Assembly: GCF_963921235.1 (NCBI RefSeq)
Contig: NC_086107.1
Span: 108,006,001 to 108,070,000, forward strand
Direction: 5' to 3'
Length of the DNA: 64,000 bases
Origin: Mobula hypostoma
Taxonomy: Eukaryota
The position numbers were made by a program, and so were the translations under genes. The notes under the pieces are model-generated. The model did no database searches and was not told the DNA's origin. It was given only the letters and a program-made list of their open reading frames with translations. Below are positions 1-12,290 of this stretch, piece by piece. Every line of letters begins with the position of its first letter. The first letter of the stretch is position 1.

Positions 1-204
1 TTTGAGCTCCAGTGACCGGGGTTCGATGTTGACCTCTGGTGAAATCTGCGCTCAGTCAGACCATATGGGTTTCCTCTGGGTGCTCCAATTTCCTCCCACA
101 TCCCACAGATGGGATGGGTTAATTGGGCCCTGTAAATTGCCCCTGGTGCTTAGGCAAGTTGGTAAATTCTGGAGGGTGAATGGGCGTAGTCAAATAATGC
201 CCTC

Positions 205-620
205 TGTTGTCTGGGGTCTACCATGGATATTGCATGCCAGCTGTCTACATGATACACAAGGCAGGGCAGTACGATATGGAGAGCAAACTGTTGCCCATGC
301 AGCAGGCTTCCCCTCTCCACACAGCCGATAAAACCAAAAGTGCGGCAGAGACCGATGCAAGTTTGAGATTAGAGTGTTCCTTCTAGATGAGCAGCTGATG
401 AGCCCCATCTGCTGGATGCAATGGGTTTTAAGGCACAAGTAATCGGCCTTTTGCTCCTTCCACTGGGCTTAGTAGCTAAGCCACACGTGAAGGCCAGCAG
501 CTGGATTTGGTTGTCAGAGGCGATTTGAGGTGCACGCCATTGGGAGCACTTAATAGGTAGTGGGAGCTTGTCCCCACTACCACCCCCTCCTTCCCGGCTG
601 TAACAACCTTAAGGAACCAT
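205..620 (-). mobile_element. Composite of a SINE central domain and an RTE-like non-autonomous fragment
   Basis: The core GTTGCCCATGCAGCAGGCTTCCCCTCTCCAC (about 289-320) recurs at about 47370-47400, and adjacent core sequence recurs inverted at about 4915-4980. Segment 370-620 resembles an RTE 5' region from recall only. No credible ORF. Confidence 0.4.
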
Positions 621-1019
621 AGCCAACTGAGATAAGTGCTAAGTGGGTATTTGATGGTCAGGGTGAAGTTGATGGGCCGAAGGGCCTATTCCAGAGCTGA
701 ATGACTCTGTGAAGCTCTATCATGAATTGTGACGAGAGGCCTAGGTGAGGATGGTAAGGGCTCAAATGCTGGAGTGTCTGAGAGTAGAATCGAGACATGC
801 TTTCGAGACTGAGACAAGAACAGGGTTCTTGACCAGAAGCTAGTTGAGAACCTGATGAGATTAGATGTGAGTCCAAATGAGGCAGAAACCCTAAACGCAA
901 TTGCAGACTGAGCTGATGACTGAGCACCGAAACTGAGCTCAGGTGCTCTTTAAATATCCAAATCCAGGCACCATAAAATGGCCACCAATTAGCGGAGTGG
1001 ACCAGAATCTTTGAAGGGA

Positions 1020-1305
1020 CCAAGCCAGCTTTCCATACTCTGGAGAATCGGAGCTTCTAAACCCCAGAGGCTGGCATACCCTAACATGGATGGTATGAAG
1101 TCCAGCTGCGAAAGGAGGGTGGTTGGGCATGGGGCTACCAAATCCATCCCATCAAAACCCAGAGCTACAGAAACACCAACAGAACCTTCAAAGACCTCAT
1201 CTCTGGGAGAAGAAGAAGATGGACTACACCTGGGAACAACTTGAAAGACTGGCACAGGATAGAGGATTCTGATAAGCTGCTGTTGGTGGCCAGTGCCCAG
1301 CAGGA
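1020..1305 (+). mobile_element. RTE-clade derived non-autonomous element
   Basis: The 5' part has GGTTGGGCATGGGGCTA...CCATCCC...AAAAC, typical of RTE 5' UTRs. The 3' part encodes the RTE C-terminal remnant TWEQLERLAQDRGF*. Confidence 0.55.
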
Positions 1306-2653
1306 AGTCATAAAGATGCAGCACAGAAACAGGCCCTTTGGCCCATCTAGTCCATGCCAAGCCATCTAAGCTGCTTGCTGTCATTGACCTGCAATGGGAC
1401 CATAGCTGTCCATGCCCCTACCAAGCATGCACCTATCCAAGCTTTGCTTAAACATTGAAATAGAGCTCATGTGCACCACTTGTGCTGGCAGCTCATTCCA
1501 CACTCTCACAACTCTCTGAGTGAAGAAGTTTCCCCTCATGTTCCCCTTAAACTTTTCACCTTTCACCCTTAACCAATGACCTCTTGTTGTAGTCCTAACC
1601 AACCTCAGTGGAAAAACCCTGCTTGCACATATCATATCTATACCTCTCATACTTTTGTATACCTCTATTAAATCTCCTCTCAATCTTCTATGTGCTAAGG
1701 AATAAAGTCCTCTCCTATTCAATCTTTCCGTATAACTCAGGTCCTCCAGACCCGGAAACATCCCTGTAAAATTTCTCTGTACTCTTTCAAACTTATTTAC
1801 ATCTTTCCTGTGGGTAGGTGACCAAAACTGCACACAATGCTCCAAATTAGGCCTTTCTGACCGGAGGCCTGTGAATAGTGGTGAGCCACAGGGATCGGTG
1901 CTCTCTGGTTTCTCCCACAAAGCCAATGTCTAATCCAATTTACTGCCTCATCTTCGATGCTGAGCGACTGAATCTTCTTGACCAGCCTCCCATGTGGAGC
2001 CTTGTCAAATGCTTTGCTAAGGTCTATGTAGACAACATCTACTGCCTTGCCTTCATCCACTTTCCTAGGAACCTCCTTGAAAACCTCTGTAAAATTGGTT
2101 AGATATGACTTACCATGCACAAAGCGGCGGGAGGAGAGAGGCAGCGCACCGGGCGTATGCACAGCCCTCCAGTGAAAAATGATATCGTATCTGTTAAATA
2201 GGGGCTGTGGATAATTCTGATTTGATGGAGAATGGACATGAAAGCACAGAGGAACATCTGGAGAAATTTCTGAAACCCTCATTCGCTGCTGTTGTTAATG
2301 CGTGGTCGGGAATCTTTCGGAGGGTAGGCCTCAAAATCCCTGGTTTTGCCTGCTGTTGGCGACCGAGGTTGAGGTCGAATCGTTCGGACAGAGATGGCGC
2401 TCAGTACTCGGTGTTGGAGAGCTGATCGGAGCTCGAAGTTTTCTGATGACTCAGAATCGGACTGTGGTCGGCATGGCAGGAGGAGTTTTTCCCTCCTTCT
2501 CCCGTCTGCGTGAGATGTGGGACATTTGAGAGACTTTGAACTTTTACTGTGCTCATGGACTTCTTCATCAAGTTATGGTATTGTTGCACTGTTGTAAGTA
2601 TATGTTATGATTATGTGGTTTTGTTAGTTTTTTCAGTCTTGGTCTGTCCTGTG

Positions 2654-3274
2654 ACACTCACAACACGCTGGAGGAACTCAGCAGGTCAGGCAGCATCTGT
2701 GGAAAAGATCAGTCGATGTTTCGGGCTGGAACCCTTCGTCAGGACTGTAGAGGGAAGGAGCAGAGGCCCTATAAAGAAGGTGGGGGGAGGGTGGGAAGGA
2801 GAAGGCTGGTAGGTTCCAGGTGAAAAACCAGTAAGGGGAAAGATAAAGGCGTGGGGGAAGGGAGGCAGGGAGGGGATAGGCAGGAAAGGTGAAGAAAGAA
2901 TAGAGGAAAACACAATGGGTAGTAGAAGGAGGCGGAACCATGAGGGAGGTGATAGGCAGCTGGGGGAGGGGGCAGAGTGACATAGGGATAGGGGAAGGGA
3001 GGGGGAGGGAATTACCGGAAGTTGGAGAATTCTATGTTCATACCAAGGGGCTGGAGACTACCTAGACGGTATATGAGGTGTTGCTCCTCCAAGCTGAGTT
3101 TAGCCTCATCATGGCAGTAGAGGAGGCCATGTATGGACATATCTGAATGGGAGTGGGAAGCAGAGTTGAAGTGGGTGGCTACTGGGAGATCCTGTCTGTT
3201 TTGGCAGACGGAGCGGAGGTGCTCGACGAAGCAGTCCCCCAATCTGTGTCAGGCTTCACCGATGTAGAGGAGGT
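2654..3274 (-). mobile_element. 5'-truncated Penelope-like element (end of GIY-YIG domain plus 3' pLTR region)
   Basis: ORF 3012-3242 (EHLRSV...PVATHFNS...EEQHLIYRLGSLQPLGMNIEF) matches the C-terminus of ORF 30873-32399. 15-bp TSD TTGGTCTGTCCTGTG at 2639-2653 and 3275-3289. Confidence 0.9.
2710..2747 (-). ncRNA. Minimal hammerhead ribozyme motif (AUC variant)
   Basis: Minus strand reads CAGUC-CUGACGA-A-GGG-UUCCAG-CCC-GAAAC-AUC-GACUG: 5-bp stem I, intact core, 3-bp stem II. The stem III palindrome is broken (ACAU). Confidence 0.7.
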
Positions 3275-5449
3275 TTGGTCTGTCCTGTGTTTTGTGATAT
3301 CACACCGGAGGAAATATTGTATCATTTCTTAATGCATGCATTACTAAATGACAATAAAAAAGGACTACGTGTCTTCATAATCTAAAAAAAAGCCACAGTG
3401 ACTATCCTTACTCAGTCCATGTATATCCAAATACTTATATATCTGGTTCATTAGGATACCTGCCAATAACTTTCCCACAATTAATGTCAGACTCACCAGC
3501 CTACAATTTCTGATTTATGCTTAGAGCTTTTCTTAACAAGCAGAACAACATTGGCTATCCTCCAATCCTCTGGTACCTCTCCTGACGCTAAGGATGATTT
3601 AAATATCTCAGCTAGGGCCCCGTCAATTTCTGCATTTGCCTCCTGTTTCGTCCAAGGGCACACCTTGTCAGACTCTGGGGATTTATTCACCCCGATTTGC
3701 CTCAGGATAGCAAATACCTCCCCCTGTGATAGGTGTAGGTAAATAATTATTGACTCTACAAATATGACTCCAATTGCAAGCCAAGGCCCTTACTGTTCCC
3801 CCGTGCCAGCCTCCATCTGCCCCGCCAAGCTGTATCTATGCCATGCTTCTGCAAAGCAATAAAAATGAATGAACACATAGGGGGCAGCATCTTTGATGGC
3901 CGGACATCAGAAACATAATGAAATGCTATGTGTGGAAAATGAAAGAGATGATTGACAATAAATTGGCACCTTTTCCAACGATAGCAGAGAGGTCTCTGAC
4001 ATGTACTGAAACACCAATATTGAACTGAATTGTAAGGTGATGCAGTTACTTATAAATCATTCGGCACAAATGCACTTAAAGCCCTGCGTGCGGCTCTGGG
4101 TCAGGAGGTGATTGAAAGGGCGGAGAAGCGAGCAAACACAATGATTAAGGGAGTGGAGGGTTTGGATTACAATGAACAATTACATGATTAGAGCTCGTTC
4201 TCAATAGAAAAGTGAATGTTGAGAGATGAAATGATTACTGCCTGTTTTATGATTGTAAAGAGACTGGATAATATTAGTCATTGGCTATTTCTTACAGCTT
4301 GTCCAGAGCTGTCAAACAACCTGCACTTGAGGAAGGAATCTATTCACAATTAGCCTTTGCCAGTTATATTTCACTCTGCAAGTGGACTTTGATTCCTCTA
4401 GATCTTACTGGATGGAACCCAGAAGGGTGAAGGATGGAGGGGCATCGAATTGAAGCCTCCTGGATACTGAAAGGCCTGGATATAGTGGACGTGGAGAAGA
4501 TCTCTCCATCAGCAGGAGAATCTAGGATCTGAGGTCACGGCCTCAGAATAAAGGGACGTCCTTTTTGAGCTGAGATTAGGAGGAATTTCTTCAGTCACAA
4601 GTTGGTGAATCTGTGGAATTCGCTGCCACAAATCATTGGGTGCGTTTAAGGCTGCAGTTGTCAGGTTCTTGATAGGTAAGGGTGTTAAGGTTTACAAGGA
4701 GAGGGGGTTTAGGAAAAAGTTGGCTGTGATTGAATAGCAGAGCAGACTGAATGGACGAATTATGCTCCTAAACCATATATCTTATGGTGCCTTGTGACTA
4801 TACCCACTCATGGGGAAAGCATTGGGAGTAAATTCCAAGGAAAAGTTCTGGAGCAGGAGTCCCTAAAGCAGTCCTACATTGAGTTCAATGTTGACCGGCA
4901 ACTGCTGTGACGCTGCTGGTGCCAACCTGTATCGGTGTCTGCCGTTCCTTTGGCTTCATCGGCTGCGTGGAGAGGGGAAGAAGCCAGAATAAGAAGGTAG
5001 GGGGATGGGAAAGGAGGACAGGTTCGAGCCTGGCCTCGTCTGCTGCCTGTGTAAAGTTTGCACATTCTCTCTGTGATAGCATGGGCTTTCCTCCCACGTT
5101 CTGCTGGGTAGCCGGCTACCTTAGTGTAGGAAAGTGGCAAAGGAAATAAAAGTAGGAAGTTGGAGGGACTATGAAAGAAATTGGGTTGCAGAGCTACAAG
5201 AGACTAAGATGAGGTGGACTGCTGGTGGGAACAGACCTGATGGGCCGAATAGCCTAATTCTGCTTCCATCTTATGCTGTTGCTCTGCTGGGAGTAGGCAT
5301 GTACTCAATAAACCAAATGGCCTTCTACATCGTAATAGATATGTTAAATTCAAAGAGCCAGCACAGACACAATGAGTTGATTGGCCTCTTTATTTAACCC
5401 AATAATTTCCTACTTCAAATCCTCAATTCCTCAGCATTTTGTAGTGGGG

Positions 5450-5790
5450 AACACAAGAGATTCTGCGGATTCTGGAAATCTGGAGCAACACATGAAATAC
5501 TGGAGGGACTTAGTAGGTTTGACAGCCATCTATGGAGGGGGAATAAATAATTTCAGGCTAAGACCCTTCATATGGACTGGACAAGTAAGCTGGAATAAGA
5601 GGGTGGAGGAGAGTGGGGAGGAGTACGTTGGCAGATGATTGGTGAGACCAGGTGGGGGGAAGGTGGGTGGGTGTGGAATGATGTAAGAAGATGGGAGGTG
5701 ATAGGTGGAAAAGGTAAAGGGCTGAAGAAGAAGGGATCTAATAGGAGAAGAGAGTGGACCATGGAAGAATGGGAAGGAGGAGGGAAACCA
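5450..5790 (-). mobile_element. Degenerate Penelope-derived 3' fragment
   Basis: TTCTGCGGATTCTGGAAATC...GGAGGGACTTAGTAGG...AGACCCTTCATATGGACT followed by a purine-rich segment, homologous to 30481-30870. Confidence 0.65.
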
Positions 5791-6249
5791 GAACTCTAAT
5801 TCTGCGAGCATAATTTTTGGCAAAATTCTTTGGGGATTTCCCTCCTGCATTGCGGGCGAGGGGTAGTCATTGACCGTCCTCAGCATTATCCATTAAACTG
5901 CCTATCCTTGACTGAAGCTGGCAAAGGTTCATCTCCCTCAGCATTGTCTGGGGGCCAGCGGTGGTAAGGAGTGGAGAGGGGCTGCGGGCAAACTTCTTAC
6001 AGCAGCATGGAGGGTTAAACAGGGATTTGTTCATAATCGCAAGAGGGCCAAGGAAGCAAGGAGAAGCTGTGCGAGATGTGGCAACGAGAGGATTGAAAGA
6101 GACTATCATACGAACCAGAGTGGGTAGTGGTGAATCTCTGGAATTTTCCACCCTGGAGGATTGTGAAGGCTAGATCATTGGAGTTACTTAAAGAGGAGGA
6201 AGATACATATTTGAGGAACTGGCAGAGAAGAGGAGATAGAGTTCTGCCA

Positions 6250-6720
6250 CAATGAAGCAGCATCCATCATCAAGACCCCCCATCATTCAGATCATGTTGT
6301 CTTCTCACTACCACCTTCGGGCTGGAGGTACGTGAGCCTAAAGTCTCACACCACCAGGTTCAGGAACAGTTAGTACCCTTCAGCCATCAGGTGCCTGAAT
6401 GCAGCGTGATTAACTTCACTCACCTCAACTCTGAACAGGTGCCACAACCTACAGAGCCACTCTCGAGGACTCGACAACTCAAGCTCTCAATATAATTTAC
6501 TGACTTTTTTTATTTGAACTATTTCTTCTTTTGTACATTGGTTGTTTGCCAACTTTGTATGTGAATATTTCATTGATTCCATTGTATTTCTTTCTCCTAC
6601 TCTGAATGCCTACAAAAAAACTCAGGGTAGTATATAGAGACATAAGTGTGTACATTTTATAAGTATACTTCTATAATAAACTTACTCTGAAATTTTGAAA
6701 ACTTGAAGCATTGAAACTTT
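6250..6720 (+). mobile_element. Old Rex1/Babar-like 3' fragment
   Basis: GCAGCATCCATCATCAAGACCCCCATC...CTACCACCTTCGGGCTGGAGGTAC...CACCACCAGGTTCAGGAACAG, followed by a T-rich UTR and AATAAA tail. Same family as 61020-61960. Confidence 0.65.
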
Positions 6721-6864
6721 GGCTCCCCAGCATGAAATTTTGAATGTTTTTCTTTCCACAAGTTCTGCCTGAACTTTTTCCAGCATTTTCTGTTTATATT
6801 TCAGATATCCCGCACCTGAAGATTCATCATTGTAATAGTGTTATGGGAATGTTTGCACCTTTTA

Positions 6865-7710
6865 CTTACTCTCTTACAGCCCGTTACTGGCGTTTAGGGT
6901 AGCAATGCAGATCCTCCATCTCGGTTTGTATAAAATGATTCTTCATTGCTGTTTTTCTAACAATTGTTTTTTACCCAGTTAGGGTTGTTAGCCCCAAACC
7001 CGGAGGATTGATGGACTACTGTTATTCTGGTCTCTACCCTTTGACTTGTGTGGCATGGGTGACCCTACCAAAAGCCAAAGCACAAGGCGCTGACACTAGC
7101 CAGCATAGCTGTCTGGGTCATTAACCATATAACCATATAACAATTAGAGCACGGAAACAGGCCATCTTGGCCCTTCTAGTTTGTGCCGAACTTTTACTCT
7201 CTCCTAGTCCCACCGACCTGCACTCAGCCCATAACCCTCCATTCCTTTCCTGTCCAAATAGCTATCCAATTTAACTTTAAACGACAACATCGAACCTGCC
7301 TCAACCACTTCTGCTGGAAGCTCGTTCCACACAGCTACCACTCTCTGAGTAAAGAAGTTCCCCCTCATGTTACCCCTAAACTTTTGCCCTTTAACTCTCA
7401 ACTCATGTCCTCTTATTTGAATCTCCCCCACTCTCAATGGAAAAAGCCTATCCATGTCAACTCTATCAATCTCCCTCATAATTTTAAACACCTCTATCAA
7501 GTCCCCCCTCAACCTTCTGTGCTCCAAAGAATAAAGACCTAACTTGTTCAACCTTTCTCTGTAACTTAGGTGATGAAACCCAGGCAACATTCGAGTAAAT
7601 CTTCTCTGTACTCTCTCTATTTTGTTGACATCTTTCCTATAATTCGGTGCACATTGAGGCACACAAGCCTCCAAACCCTTCAAGAAGGCTGTGGTCCTCT
7701 TGGAAGTTTT
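6865..7710 (-). mobile_element. RTE-derived non-autonomous element interrupted by a CR1
   Basis: Reverse complement of 42245-42620 (GGGTCACCCATG, CTTGTGCTTTGGCT). Split by the CR1 at 7123-7650 with CATT on both sides. Confidence 0.65.
7123..7650 (-). mobile_element. CR1 LINE 3' fragment
   Basis: ORF 7204-7683 encodes the CR1 ORF2 C-terminus. Ends in an (AACCATAT)n octamer tail. Confidence 0.92.
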
Positions 7711-7829
7711 GCACCTTTTAACCTTTTATAAATATATTTATTCACAAGTTGTGAACATCAGCGGCAAAAGCAAGAATTTAAAGCCATAAACAGATACAGC
7801 ACAGAAACAGGCCCTTCACACAAACTATC

Positions 7830-7955
7830 TACCAACCATTCATCCTAATCCTATGTCCAACCATCAACCAACCACTCATCCTACTCCTATGTCCAACCAT
7901 CAACCAACTATTCCCCCTACTCCTATATCCACCCATCAACCAACTATTCATCTTA
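7830..7955. repeat. 36-bp minisatellite, about 3.5 copies
   Basis: Unit approximately ACCAACCACTCATCCTACTCCTATGTCCAACCATCA, repeated with substitutions. Confidence 0.8.
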
Positions 7956-9964
7956 AACCTACACTAATCTCATTTTTGTTGTTCTCCCTATTTTCTTACC
8001 AACACCTGCCTCCACCCACATTTTCCTACGCTCCTACACTAGGGGCAATTTATACTGGACAATTACCTTACCGAGCTGCACACATTTAGGATGAGGGAGG
8101 AAGCTACAGCACCTAGAGGAAATGCACACAGTCACAGGGAGAACATGCAAACTCCACACAGACAGTACCTGAGGTCAGGATCGAAGCCAGGACTCTGGCA
8201 TTGTGCGGCAGTGGTTCTATTTACTGTGTTGTGGGCATTCTCCTTGTCCCAACTAAGGAGGCAGATAATAAACAAAACCTTTTTCCTACATAGATCAGAT
8301 TGGGTAAAGAGAAGCAAGCAACCTGCTGGAGGAACTTAGCGGGTCAAGCAGCATCTATGAGAGGAAAAGAATTGTCGATGTCCGGTGTTCAGTTTCGACC
8401 CACTGAGGTGATGCAGCAGATTGTTTGTTGCTCCGGCTTCCAGTCTCTGCTAGTGTCCGGGTAATAAAACTCTGCTGGGAGCTGGTAAGGATTTGATGGG
8501 CCAAGTGGCCTCTCTCTGTATCATAATAAACCAGAGGGGCTTTTAGTGGGGGTTCCTTATCATTGGAAATGCAATCACTGATGGATGTAAAATATTCCAC
8601 GACATTATTGCAATGACGAGAAAGGTTATACTTTTTGCCCCTGGGGCCAATAAACTAAAAGCAGATTATCTGGCAAGTGAAATTTACTGCTCGTTAGCTC
8701 TTGTGCCAAAATTCTGCTGCTTTATCCACATCTCAACAGCCATGCTTTAAAAACTGCTATGAGACACTTGAGATTGTAAAATCACTATAAAAACGCACGT
8801 CTTTTTTGCAGTGATAATGAAGCCAGCACTGCCGTTAATTGCAGGGGCTTTTGAAGATCGCTGAAGGATTTTGGATGCAATCATCTGTGCGAACCACTGG
8901 AAATGAAGTGAATTGCATCTAATACAGGGGACGGTGCACATTGGGTTGTGTTTGACTGAGCGTGGCTCTATTGAAGTGCCTCGGGGAGGCTTGGTCCTGT
9001 TGCCTCAACGTTCCAGCGACCCAGGTTCCATCCTCACCCTGCCTGCTATACTTCTGGAGTTTCCAACAAGTTTCCCGGTTTCTTCCGAATCCCAAAGATG
9101 TGCTGGCAGGAGAGTTGGGCTTGTAAATAACCCTTATTCTCTCTTTTTCCATTCCCCATTCTGGTTATTTCACATTTCTTCTCTCCTCCTCACCTGCCCA
9201 TCACTTCCGTCTGGTTGCCTTCCTCCTTCCCTTTCTTCCATGGTCCACTGTGCAGCACGGGTCAGTAACAATCATGTACTAACTTGAATTTGTTCACTGT
9301 CTTGTAACACTGTCTTTTATGTCAATAAACTCTTGTAGTTTTGTAAAAACCAAATGGTAGCATAAGTATAGTGTGCCATGGTAGTGAGTGCTTAGCACAA
9401 CACTACTACAGTTTGGGACCTTGGAGTTCAGAGTTCGATTCCAGCATCCTCTGTAAGAAAGTTTGCACGTTCTTCCCGTGTGTGTGTGGAATTCCTCTGA
9501 GTGCCCTGGTCTCCTCCCACAGTCTAAACAGGTTAAAAGGTCATTGTAAATTGTCCAGTAATTAGGCTAGGGTTAAATTGCTGGATTGCTGGATGGCACT
9601 GCTTGGTAGGCCGCAAGGGCCCGTTTGCACTGTATTTCTAAGTAAGTAAAAATAATTGTGCTCTTGTATCATATGGTCTAAGTGAAATGAGAGAAAGCGG
9701 AACTGGCATTGACCTGGTGGGCAGAATGGCCTCCTTAAAGTCATAGTCATAGAGTGATACAGCACAGGAAGAAGTCCATTTCGCCCATCTCATCCATTCT
9801 GACAAATTGTCAACTTGAGCTAGGCCTAATTCCCTGCACTTGGCCCATACCCTCCAAACCCTTCCTATCCATATTCCTGTCCAATTCTCTTTTAAACATT
9901 GTGTTGTACCCACTTCTATCTCTACCTTTCATATACCACCACCCTCTCTGAGCAATTGCACCGC

Positions 9965-10243
9965 AGATGGTAGCGTAGTGGTTAGCACGGCGCTTTACAG
10001 TGTCGGCGATTTGGGTTCAATTCCTTCCGCTGCCCATAAGGAGGTTTGTACGTTCTCCCTGTGACCATGTGGGTTTCCTCTGGGGCGCTCCCGTTCGCTC
10101 CTACAGTCCAAAGTCATACCGGTAGATAGGGTAATTGATCATTGTAAATTGCCCTGTAATTAAACTGGGATTAAATCGAGATTTGTTGGGCAACTTGACT
10201 CAAAGGGCTGGAAGGGCCTATTCTGCACTGTATCTCAATAAAA
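9965..10243 (+). mobile_element. tRNA-derived V-SINE
   Basis: A box TAGCGTAGTGG, B box GGTTCAATTCC, V-domain-like GTGGGTTTCCTCTGGG...CTCCTACAGTCCAAAG, and CTCAATAAAAA tail. Confidence 0.75.
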
Positions 10244-10548
10244 AAAATATTTCTCCTCTCACTTTAAACCCAAGCCCTTTAGCTTTCTACTCCCCTACTT
10301 TGGGAAAAGGGCTGTGACCATTCACTTTATCTATGCCCCTCTTTATTTTATAAACCTCAATAAGATCACCCCTCAGCATCCTATGCTCCAGGGAAAAATT
10401 CCTAGCTTATCTAGTACCTCTTTATACCTCAAGTGCTCTAGTCCCAGTTACACCCTCATAATCCTTTCTGTTCCTTTTCCAACTTAATGACATCCTTCTC
10501 ATATCCGGGAAGCCAGAATGACACACAGTATTCCAACTGCTGTGTTAT

Positions 10549-10965
10549 TATAAGACCATAGGACCATAAGACAGAGGAGCAGACTTAGGCCAATTGGCCC
10601 ATTGAGTCTGCTCCACCATTTCATCATGACTGATCCATTTTCCCTCTCGGCCCCAATCTCCTGCTGTCTCCCCGTATGCCTTCATGCCCTGACTAATCAA
10701 GATTCTATCAACCTCTGCCTTAAATACACCCAGTGACTTGGCCTCCGCCACAGCCTGTGGCAATGATTCCCCACTCTCTAGCTAATGAAATCCCTCCTTA
10801 TCTCCATTCTAAAGAGATGCCCCTCTATTATGAGACTGTGTCCTCTGGTCTTAGTCTCTTCCACCATAGGAAGCATCCTCTCCACATCCACTCTATCGAG
10901 GTCTTTCGCCATTCGATAGGTTTCAATGAGGTCACCCCTCATTCTTCTGAATTCCAGTGAGTAGA
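10549..10965 (-). mobile_element. CR1 LINE 3' fragment
   Basis: Encodes YSLEFRRMRGDLIETY...TRGHSL and ends in a (TAAGACCA)n tail. Confidence 0.88.
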
Positions 10966-11892
10966 TGCCATCCATGGGTAATGGATGGATTCAAATTTAC
11001 AGATGTCCATAAGTTGACAAGTTGGAGATACCCTAAGATCACTCAGTGTTGGTAACCATACCTCCACAGTACCATAATGAATGCCATGAAAAGCTCATAA
11101 GACTGATGAGAAAGGGCAGTTATTAAAATAAGAGAAAGAGAGAGAGCAAACTGGTTCTGCCATTCATAGTATGCATCAATGCTCCCTCTATTTTGTAATG
11201 AGAATTGTGCACAAAAATCTTGTGCTGTGCAATTTTTTTGCCCAGTGACAACAACATGTGTGTTATGAATAATTTCTTCCATAAAAACAGCTTAAATAAG
11301 CCAGTTCTAAAATCTGCAGACAAATCATTGTCATCTCCTCGTTGTCAACACTGTCCATGTCAAAAACCGAAAAAAGAAATGTGATTTTGTACAATCGTGA
11401 AATATACTTAACATACCGATGAGGTAGAGGGTGACAACCTTCTGTGTGTGGTTTAAATTCCTTTGTGCCCTACACACCCTAGAGGGAACGTTGATATGTG
11501 TGTATGTTGAACTTCAAAATCTGTCTTGTTTGTATCAGAATTGGGGACGAGGGTGGAGTGCCGCGGGAGGGGTGTGGGACAGGTGGCAGGGGTGTGCCAG
11601 GGGCAGGAGGGGTGGTGCTGGTGCAGACACACCCAGCCCTGAGACACCAGGCTCCGTCATTTGATTCCAAACAACTGGTTTATTGATCATTGCAGAATGT
11701 TTCTCCGGTGCTTCCCGCTCCCTCCCCTCTCCCTTCCCCTTTTCCCAACCATGATTCCCCTCTCCCTGTCCCCTTCCCACTCTCAGTCCACAATAGAGAC
11801 CCAGATCAGAATCAGATTTATCATTATTCACGTATGTCACGAAACATTTTTTTTTGTGGCAGCAGTACAGTGGGGTACATAAAAATACTATA

Positions 11893-11938
11893 GTACTGTG
11901 CAAAAGTTTTCAGCATAAATATGCTTTTGCACAGTACC
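11893..11938. mobile_element. Tc1-like terminal inverted repeat remnant (collapsed MITE)
   Basis: GTACTGTGCAAAAG ... CTTTTGCACAGTAC forms a 14-bp inverted repeat. Confidence 0.55.
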
Positions 11939-11973
11939 GCATATGTCACTATAGTCTACCTTGAAATTTATTT

Positions 11974-12290
11974 TAGAACATAGAACATAGAACAGTACAG
12001 CACAGTACAGGCCCTTCGGCCCACAATGTTGTGCCGACCCTTAAACCCTGCTCCCATATAACCCCCCACCTTACATTCCTCCATATACCTGTCTAGTATT
12101 TTCTTAAATTTCACTAGTGTATCTGCATCCACCACTGACTCAGGCAGTGCATTCCACGCACCAGCCACTCTCTGAGTAAAAAACCTTCCTCTAATATCCC
12201 CCTTGAACTTCCCACCCTTTACCTTAAAGCCACGTCCTCTTGTATTGAGCAGTAGTGCCCTGGGGAAGAGGCATTGGCTGTCCACTCTAT
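11974..12290 (-). mobile_element. CR1 LINE 3' fragment, (AGAACAT)n-tailed subfamily
   Basis: Encodes RFFTQRVAGAWNALPESVV. Near-identical to 15205-15400 and 36392-36890. Confidence 0.88.

Larger units (their letters stand above)
2126..3391 (+). mobile_element. Non-autonomous LINE-dependent element (copy A), split by a Penelope insertion
   Basis: Collinear with 41229-41876. Ends in TGACAATAAA, a hairpin and ATCTAAAA. Flanked by a short AAAGC duplication within the CR1 host. Confidence 0.75.
1306..3725 (-). mobile_element. CR1 LINE ORF2 fragment, rearranged and interrupted by a nested insertion at 2126-3391
   Basis: ORF-track peptides RPNLEHCVQFWSP...RRLRGDLIEVYK...NFFTQRVVRVWNELP (1381-1926), VDVVYIDLSKAFDKAPH (1797-2282) and KSPESDKVCP...VPEDWRIANV (3493-3690) are CR1 RT and C-terminal motifs. 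Confidence 0.9.

Noticed and set aside
393..420. CTGATGAG as a possible hammerhead core
   Set aside because: There is no downstream GAAA with a closing stem II.
728..1020. Possible LTR fragment beginning TGTGAC
   Set aside because: No matching terminus or TSD was found.
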